A stretch of DNA of 64,000 bases from an uncultured Planctomycetia bacterium (GTDB lineage: Bacteria; Omnitrophota; Gorgyraeia; CAYWPX01), in NCBI GenBank assembly GCA_964460615.1, contig CAYWPX010000001.1, positions 263,747-327,746 on the forward strand, given 5' to 3'. The notes beneath the pieces were generated by a model that made no database searches, was not told the DNA's origin, and saw only the letters and a list, made by a program, of their open reading frames with translations. Of the stretch, positions 58,432-64,000 are shown one piece after another (within the stretch, counting starts at the first letter, position 1; the number at the start of each line of letters is the position of its first letter). The translations under genes were made by a program, and so were the position numbers.

Positions 58432-58485
58432 TCTTTAATTTATTGTGGCGCTCCTGTAATGGGGGCGCCACAAAAAATATAAGCA

Positions 58486-59309
58486 TGAAAACCAACAAAA
58501 AATTCAAAATAATGTTTTTAATATATAGGCCTTTAATTGTGTTAGTAGGTCTATTTTTTGTTTTGGCTGGCAATGCCATTGCTTCGATCGGAGTTGAGCC
58601 TGCGGTGACTGAGCTTGAGATACCGGCTGGCGGGACTTCCAAAGGTGCTTTGGTGGTAGGTAACGACAGTAATGACAAGATTAAGGTTAGGATAGAACCA
58701 GAGGAATGGAAGAGGGTTAAGGGGGCTGCACATAACTTTCCAATTGATACCTGGTTATTTTTTGATACTTATGAGATTGAAATTTTGCCTAAGAGCGTTA
58801 AGAAGGTTGAATATACTATAAAAATGCCTAAAGACCTCAAAGGTGAATTAATGTCAGAGGTCTTTTTTTCGGAAATTAATAATAACAAGCAAGCAATAGG
58901 TTTTTCATCCAGGTTTGGCGTAGCTATATATGCGATATCTAAAGGCAGTGAAATTTATAATTTGGAAATAACAGCTATTAATGTCAGAAAAGGAATTTTG
59001 AGAGACGCTAAAGATAAGTCGATTTCAGTTTATGCTAAGATCAAGAATAATGGCAATATACATGTAAGGCCGACATCTACGGGCATAGTTTATGATGTAA
59101 AAGGGAAGGTTGTAAAAGAGTTAAAATTTCAGTATGGACCGCCGGTTTTTCCTTTCCAAGATAGAGAATATGCGGTGTTTTGGAAGGACCCCGGGCTTAA
59201 AGAAGGAATTTACAGAGTTGTCCTCAAGACAACCTTTGATGATAGAGAGATCGCTAGGGAAAAAATCTTTAGCATAGGCCCTGACGGTATGTTAAAAGAT
59301 TCAATATAA
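58486..59309 (+). CDS. Secreted protein of unknown function, possibly beta-sandwich or chaperone-like
   Basis: The ORF track opens at 58398, but a hairpin lies inside that extension. The ATG at 58486 precedes the signal peptide MKTNKKFKIMFLIYRPLIVLVGLFFVLAGNAIA. Confidence 0.35.
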
Positions 59310-59315
59310 AAATTT

Positions 59316-62243
59316 ATGATCTATACTTCAATAAGTAAATATTTGATTTTGATACTATGCGCAATAACGGCTTTTGTTATATATTGCGATAAAGTACTTG
59401 CCTATACTACAGATATATCTGTAAGTATTGTTTGCGGAGTTTTGATCAAGGATAGTGGTCCAGAAGCACCGGTTCTTCATGATCCGGGTGAAGTTAATGA
59501 TACAGGTATCTTTACACTTAGTTGGGCTTCTTCGGCTATGGATTCATTTGAATTACAGGAAGATATTAGTGATCTATTTTCTTCCCCAACGGTATACTAC
59601 ATTTCCGGGACATCCCTAGACAAGCAATTCACAGATCATGAGCTTGGCCAATTCTATTATAGAATTAGAGGTATTGATCCCAAGCAAAATATTACTGAAT
59701 GGAGTAACGTTGTAGATATTATTGTTGAGAAGAAGCTTTATAATTATATAACATTTGAGGCTGAGGATTTATATAACCCTTATTTTAAGAAGGGTAGTGA
59801 GATCCCTATCTGTCTTAACAGCTCCGATCAGCACTCCCCATCTATTTATGAGAATCTGGTTGTTTGGTCAGATTATAGAAATGACGGTAATAACGAAACG
59901 GATATTTATCTATTTGACCTTGATACAAATGAAGAGAAGCCGATCTGCCTTGCAGAAAGCTGGCAGGAAAACCCCGAGATCTATGGTGATATAGTTGTAT
60001 GGGAAGACTACCGGAACGGCGGCTCAGATATCTACAGTTATAACTTAAAAACCGGTGAAGAAAAACCTATATGTATTGCGGAAGGCGACCAGGGCAATCC
60101 TAGAATATTTAAGGATAAGATAGTCTGGGAAGATTATAGAAATGGTAATGGCGATATATATCTTTATGATTTATATTCGAATCTTGAAAAAGCTATTTGT
60201 GTCGATCCTTATGACCAGACTCATCCGGTAATATATAGTGACAAGATCGTTTGGGAGGATTTGAGGCTTGGGGACATGGATATATTTATGTATGACGTCA
60301 GGACCGGTGTTGAGATGCCTATATGTGTTGAATTTTTTGACCAGGAAAGTCCACAGATTTATGATAGCCGGATTGTTTGGGTAGATACCAGGAATTATGA
60401 TATCAGCGGACTTGATATATTTAGTTTTGACTTAAAGACAAATACAGAATCTGCTCTGGATGTTAATAGCCTTGACCAGCATAGCCCATCAATTTATGAC
60501 GGAAAAATTGCTTGGATAGAGGATGGAGAATATACTAGCGATTTATATGTGTATGATCTGGTACTTGGAAATAAGGTTTTGATCGAAGAAGATGTTACCT
60601 GGGAAGCTATGCCCCAGTTTAATAAAAATTCAATCGTATATAAAAGCGGGCCGTACTCAAGCGGGGATATCTCGCTATGCAATATAACTTCATATCCAAA
60701 TATAGCTTTTGACAAACCGCTTGAGGCTTGGGCCGGTGCTTATCTTGTAAGCCAGAATAATACGAATAATGGCTATACATATTCGGCTAATATTCCTAAA
60801 GACGGAGATTATTATGTCTGGGTGAGAATGGCATCTGATACTGACCATAGCGATTCATTCAGGATGAGTATACAGGGGAATGATGACGTTATGATCGGAG
60901 ATCTGGCCGAAGACAACTCAACTGATCTTAGATGGATTAATTATAAGAATGGCTTAGTAGATAATAGGATTATTGTGCATCTGGCCGCTGGAACCAATTT
61001 GATCGGCTTCAATGATGTAGAACCGCTATCAAAGATCGACTCATTTATTATAACCGATGATCCTGATTATATACCGCCTGATATGCCTCCTTCTGTAAAA
61101 AACTGGGAAGCGATCGAAGAAAACGGTTTTGGCACCAAGAATAATTTTACTTCAAGAATTAAGGTTTTAAGAGACAATCTTTATGCCTCGACCTCAAGTG
61201 TAAGTTATCAGCCATCCATATACAAAACAACTAACGGAAGAATATTCAGCAAAGATTTTGAGCTTAGGACGAATATTAATGACGGTATTAATATGTATAG
61301 GTCCCTGGAAATGGAAGCGGTCAATGGCCAGGATCTCTATATTGTGAGTGATAACTATTGGGGCGGATTATATATAACACAAAAATCAGATAGCGCTTCT
61401 TATTCTACAAATCTTGTTGGTAACAGGGGATGGTGGACCAAAGATCTTATAAGTTATAAAGAAAACATCTACGCTGGTTTCTATAATGATTGGAACCTTA
61501 ATTTTGTGATGAAAAGAACTCCCGATCCGATGGATAATTCATCATGGGTGGATGTTTCAAGGCCTGCTTTTAGTGAAGGCTATTATATTATGAGAAAGCT
61601 GATCAAAGATAAGTGGATCGAAAGGATAGTTAGTACTCAATATGCTAATTTAACTGCCGAGTCTTCAATTATTTTTAAGGGGAAGCTATATATCGGAACC
61701 TATAATTATGGGTATTTAGGCAGAACTACAGATGGAGCGCAGATCTGGAGAACATCTGATGGTATCACCTGGGAGCCGGTGCTTTTGGACGGGTTTAACG
61801 ATAAAGACAATAGAAGTATAACTGCTATGGCTGTATTTGGAGGGTATCTCTACGCAGCTACAAACAAGGCTTTTGAGCCATGTAAAATCTATAAGACCGA
61901 TGGAGAATATCATAACGGCAAAATTAGCTGGGAGCCTGTAGTTTTAGACGGTTTTGGTAGATTGTATAATACCTATGTCAGTTCTTTTGTAAGTTATATG
62001 GGTAGGTTATATGCCGCGACTTCATCATGGTCTTACTCCTCCAGTATCCCTAAAGAGAGTTATAGCGGTGGCGTTGTCTATTCTTCAAAAAATGGCCAAA
62101 TTTGGCAGGCTGATTCCCTGAATGGCATAACAAGCCTGGATAATATTACATTAGAAAATATTGAAATTTTTAGAGGCCATTTATATGTTAATACAAGAAA
62201 TTCTGTTACGGGGACGCAGATAATAAGGGCAGAAGTAAAGTAA
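59316..62243 (+). CDS. Giant secreted protein: FN3-like domain, seven tandem ~42-aa TolB/PD40-like propeller repeats, CBM-like domain, BNR/beta-propeller region
   Basis: Repeats ...KPIC.AE..Q..P.IY.D.IVWEDYRNG..DIY.YDL... occur seven times. C-terminal half is paralogous to 33778..35991. Confidence 0.55.
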   Translation: MIYTSISKYLILILCAITAFVIYCDKVLAYTTDISVSIVCGVLIKDSGPEAPVLHDPGEVNDTGIFTLSWASSAMDSFELQEDISDLFSSPTVYYISGTSLDKQFTDHELGQFYYRIRGIDPKQNITEWSNVVDIIVEKKLYNYITFEAEDLYNPYFKKGSEIPICLNSSDQHSPSIYENLVVWSDYRNDGNNETDIYLFDLDTNEEKPICLAESWQENPEIYGDIVVWEDYRNGGSDIYSYNLKTGEEKPICIAEGDQGNPRIFKDKIVWEDYRNGNGDIYLYDLYSNLEKAICVDPYDQTHPVIYSDKIVWEDLRLGDMDIFMYDVRTGVEMPICVEFFDQESPQIYDSRIVWVDTRNYDISGLDIFSFDLKTNTESALDVNSLDQHSPSIYDGKIAWIEDGEYTSDLYVYDLVLGNKVLIEEDVTWEAMPQFNKNSIVYKSGPYSSGDISLCNITSYPNIAFDKPLEAWAGAYLVSQNNTNNGYTYSANIPKDGDYYVWVRMASDTDHSDSFRMSIQGNDDVMIGDLAEDNSTDLRWINYKNGLVDNRIIVHLAAGTNLIGFNDVEPLSKIDSFIITDDPDYIPPDMPPSVKNWEAIEENGFGTKNNFTSRIKVLRDNLYASTSSVSYQPSIYKTTNGRIFSKDFELRTNINDGINMYRSLEMEAVNGQDLYIVSDNYWGGLYITQKSDSASYSTNLVGNRGWWTKDLISYKENIYAGFYNDWNLNFVMKRTPDPMDNSSWVDVSRPAFSEGYYIMRKLIKDKWIERIVSTQYANLTAESSIIFKGKLYIGTYNYGYLGRTTDGAQIWRTSDGITWEPVLLDGFNDKDNRSITAMAVFGGYLYAATNKAFEPCKIYKTDGEYHNGKISWEPVVLDGFGRLYNTYVSSFVSYMGRLYAATSSWSYSSSIPKESYSGGVVYSSKNGQIWQADSLNGITSLDNITLENIEIFRGHLYVNTRNSVTGTQIIRAEVK

Positions 62244-62248
62244 TTGTT

Positions 62249-62272
62249 ACCGGCTAAAATGCCGGTTTAAAT
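62249..62272 (+). terminator. Rho-independent terminator candidate
   Basis: ACCGGC-TAAAAT-GCCGGT hairpin followed by TTTAAATATAT, 6 nt after the stop at 62243. Confidence 0.5.
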
Positions 62273-62297
62273 ATATGTTGTTAAATAATACAAAACC

Positions 62298-62326
62298 TTG
62301 ATTTTTAGGTACTTTGATGATATAAT
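62298..62326 (+). promoter_or_regulatory. Sigma70 promoter candidate
   Basis: TTGATT (62298-62303), 17-nt spacer, TGaTATAAT extended -10 (62318-62326). Confidence 0.4.
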
Positions 62327-62426
62327 TATTTAATAAGGAGATTTGCCTTTTGGCTAATTACTTAGTCAGAGGATTTTTTTTGTCAGGATTTTTTAAACTT
62401 TATTAATAAGTACCTACGAGGAAACC

Positions 62427-64000
62427 ATGAAAAAAATATTCTATACAATTTTTTCGCTGTTTTTATTAACAATCCTTTTGACGTTACCGGCATATTCTTA
62501 TAACCTATCTTCATATGTTGACAGGGAAACGATGTGTTATAGCGAATTTATAACACCGGTTTATCCGGACGGCTTATCTTCAGGTTTCGGTGGGATCTTT
62601 GCCGAATATCAGCCAGTACATCAGGACCCAAATTCACTAAATCATCAGTTACTTTCCGAATCCCAGAGTTTAATTGCCTTGTATGCTGCAAATAGAGGAG
62701 ACAAGGCAATGCTGGACAGAATTTTCAATATTATTGCACCAGCCAGCCTTGGCGGATCAGGCAGTTTGTATTTTCTTGACGAAACCGTTCAGCTTCTTCA
62801 ATGGGTTCTTAATCCCGATGGATCCAAAAGGATATATGATAATAATTTAGCCAATGCCGAAGGTGAGGAAAACAGGTTTATGGAGGCATATGCTATTGCT
62901 TATCAGAAATTCGGGGATCTAAAGTATAAGGAATTTGTAAAATATCTAGCCAAAGGTATGATAGGTATTGATGAAGTTAATAACGTTGTCCCTCCCAAAA
63001 ATCTTGGTAACTTTAACGGATATGATGCCAATTACGACAATATGGACGACTATCTTATGCAGTCATGCTTTTGGAAGGCCGACCACAGCACGGTAACTAT
63101 TAACGATAAAGAGACTAATTTAAGCTATAATAATCTCATGGGTTTTTATTATGTTACCCAGTTGGGCGATCTGAGTCTGACTAATTTTTATAATAAAGTA
63201 TTAGTTAACAATGTTTTGGCAATTAAACAATCGCAGCACAATGGAACTGTAGTTAATGGGCTCTACAAGATGATGTATGACATGACTATGATGCCAAATC
63301 ATAGCGCAATGTATTTTGCTGAAATTGAAAACCAAAAAATTGACATTGTTTTTGCTTCAGCCTCATCTACAGAAAATAATTCAGCCGAATTCAATCCTTC
63401 TAAAGCGATTGATGGGAATTGGTCAACGAGATGGAGCTCTAATCACGGGCATGACCCCGAATGGATATATGTTGATCTTGGCCAAAATAAGCGGTTCAAC
63501 AGGATTAAATTATTTTGGGAGATCGCAGGTGCAAAAAGATATAAGATCCAGACTGCTTTGGATGGGTCAAACCCAGCTCTTGAATCTTCCTATTCTACTA
63601 TTTTTGAAGAGAATAATAGCGACGGAGGATGTGATGATGTTAAATTAGCATCTAGCAATACCTCAAGATATATAAGGATACTGGGCTTAGAACGCTCGAC
63701 TATTTATGGTTACTCTTTATGGGAGATCGAGGTTTTTGACCATAATTCATGCTCGTCGCTTAATGCTCTTGATGTCGCTTACCGCGCTGGTGCGTATGCC
63801 AGACTGATTGACGATACTGAATTATTGGATATGTCACTTAGAACGTATAATTTCTACCGAACCAAATATTATGCAGGTGATTTTAGGGATGCATATGATA
63901 TGGATACCGGTACTGCTACTTGGGGATGGTTTGCCGGTATGGCAACAAGGGCGGATTTAGTGAAACTTGCTTCATTTTTTGGGGATTATTATACTGCTAA
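62427..64000 (+). CDS. Secreted protein with a discoidin (F5/8 type C) domain, possibly glycoside-hydrolase-like; the 3' end runs beyond the window
   Basis: Hand translation from the ATG at 62427 found no in-frame stop to the window end. Signal peptide MKKIFYTIFSLFLLTILLTLPAYS. Discoidin motif IDGNWSTRWSSNHGHDPEWIYVDLGQNKRFNRIKLFWEIAGAKRYKIQTALDGS. Not in the ORF track because no stop is reached. Confidence 0.55.
   Translation, partial: MKKIFYTIFSLFLLTILLTLPAYSYNLSSYVDRETMCYSEFITPVYPDGLSSGFGGIFAEYQPVHQDPNSLNHQLLSESQSLIALYAANRGDKAMLDRIFNIIAPASLGGSGSLYFLDETVQLLQWVLNPDGSKRIYDNNLANAEGEENRFMEAYAIAYQKFGDLKYKEFVKYLAKGMIGIDEVNNVVPPKNLGNFNGYDANYDNMDDYLMQSCFWKADHSTVTINDKETNLSYNNLMGFYYVTQLGDLSLTNFYNKVLVNNVLAIKQSQHNGTVVNGLYKMMYDMTMMPNHSAMYFAEIENQKIDIVFASASSTENNSAEFNPSKAIDGNWSTRWSSNHGHDPEWIYVDLGQNKRFNRIKLFWEIAGAKRYKIQTALDGSNPALESSYSTIFEENNSDGGCDDVKLASSNTSRYIRILGLERSTIYGYSLWEIEVFDHNSCSSLNALDVAYRAGAYARLIDDTELLDMSLRTYNFYRTKYYAGDFRDAYDMDTGTATWGWFAGMATRADLVKLASFFGDYYTA

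Noticed and set aside
58398-58485. N-terminal extension MHTRFRSLSRIIFNLLWRSCNGGATKNIS of the ORF at 58398
   Set aside because: It contains the GTGGCGC...GCGCCAC hairpin and has no signal peptide, whereas the ATG at 58486 starts a textbook signal peptide. The extension is treated as non-coding.
1140-62000. All minus-strand ORFs in the six-frame track (e.g. 1140-1418, 1557-1880, 10351-10740, 11491-11997, 17212-17976, 21060-21578, 26400-26828, 48243-48807, 50040-50480)
   Set aside because: Each lies antisense inside a well-supported + strand gene. The translations are low-complexity (Ser/Leu/Phe/Ile-rich), have no motifs and no RBS. They are treated as frame shadows of AT-rich coding DNA.
62336-62360. 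Possible 4-codon upstream leader ORF (TTG CCT TTT GGC TAA) after an AAGGAG in the 5' region of the last gene
   Set aside because: Only 2 nt between the Shine-Dalgarno and the TTG. Too short a spacing to be a credible start.
1-64000. tRNA, rRNA or other structured RNA genes
   Set aside because: Intergenic spaces are short and AT-rich. I could not recognise any cloverleaf-compatible tRNA or any rRNA-like conserved stretch by eye. A tRNAscan/Infernal run would be needed to be certain.

Overview
The window is AT-rich and gene-dense, from a bacterium I cannot assign to a lineage. Every convincing gene lies on the + strand; the antisense ORFs look spurious. Content runs in order through seven blocks. 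(1) A housekeeping block (argS C-terminus, a compact mfd, two parvulin-type PPIases, pdxA, ksgA, gatCAB, ctp, yibQ-like, tsaD, mgtC) holds a three-gene pilin-like island inserted between pdxA and ksgA. (2) A bactofilin::HTH fusion and a membrane-anchored HTH protein are bracketed by GC-rich CCTGCC...GGCAGG palindromes. (3) LarB and LarC of the nickel-pincer cofactor pathway appear without LarE or LarA in the window. (4) A large type-IV-pilus/T2SS-like operon has two PilB/GspE ATPases, PilT, PilC/GspF, a GspG-H-I-J pseudopilin set, a giant GspK-like protein and an unknown trailing gene. Its intergenic gaps carry 7-nt-periodic tandem repeats, often GTAC-containing. (5) A Sec/lipoprotein-type RHS/YD-repeat polymorphic toxin cassette has two TPR lipoproteins upstream and an overlapping 4-TM putative immunity gene. 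A 27-nt GC-rich element is inserted in-frame three times into the toxin gene and once, inverted, in the pilus operon. A REP-flanked RAYT (IS200-like Y1 transposase) follows. (6) A glycan-utilisation-like locus contains a GH94 cellobiose-phosphorylase homologue, CBM/discoidin/PA14 secreted proteins, an SBP::permease fusion plus a second permease, and TPR proteins. (7) Two paralogous giant secreted BNR/beta-propeller proteins are present. The observations most worth a second look are the heptamer repeats in the pilus cluster, the in-frame dispersed 27-mer, and the bactofilin-HTH pair with its palindromes.
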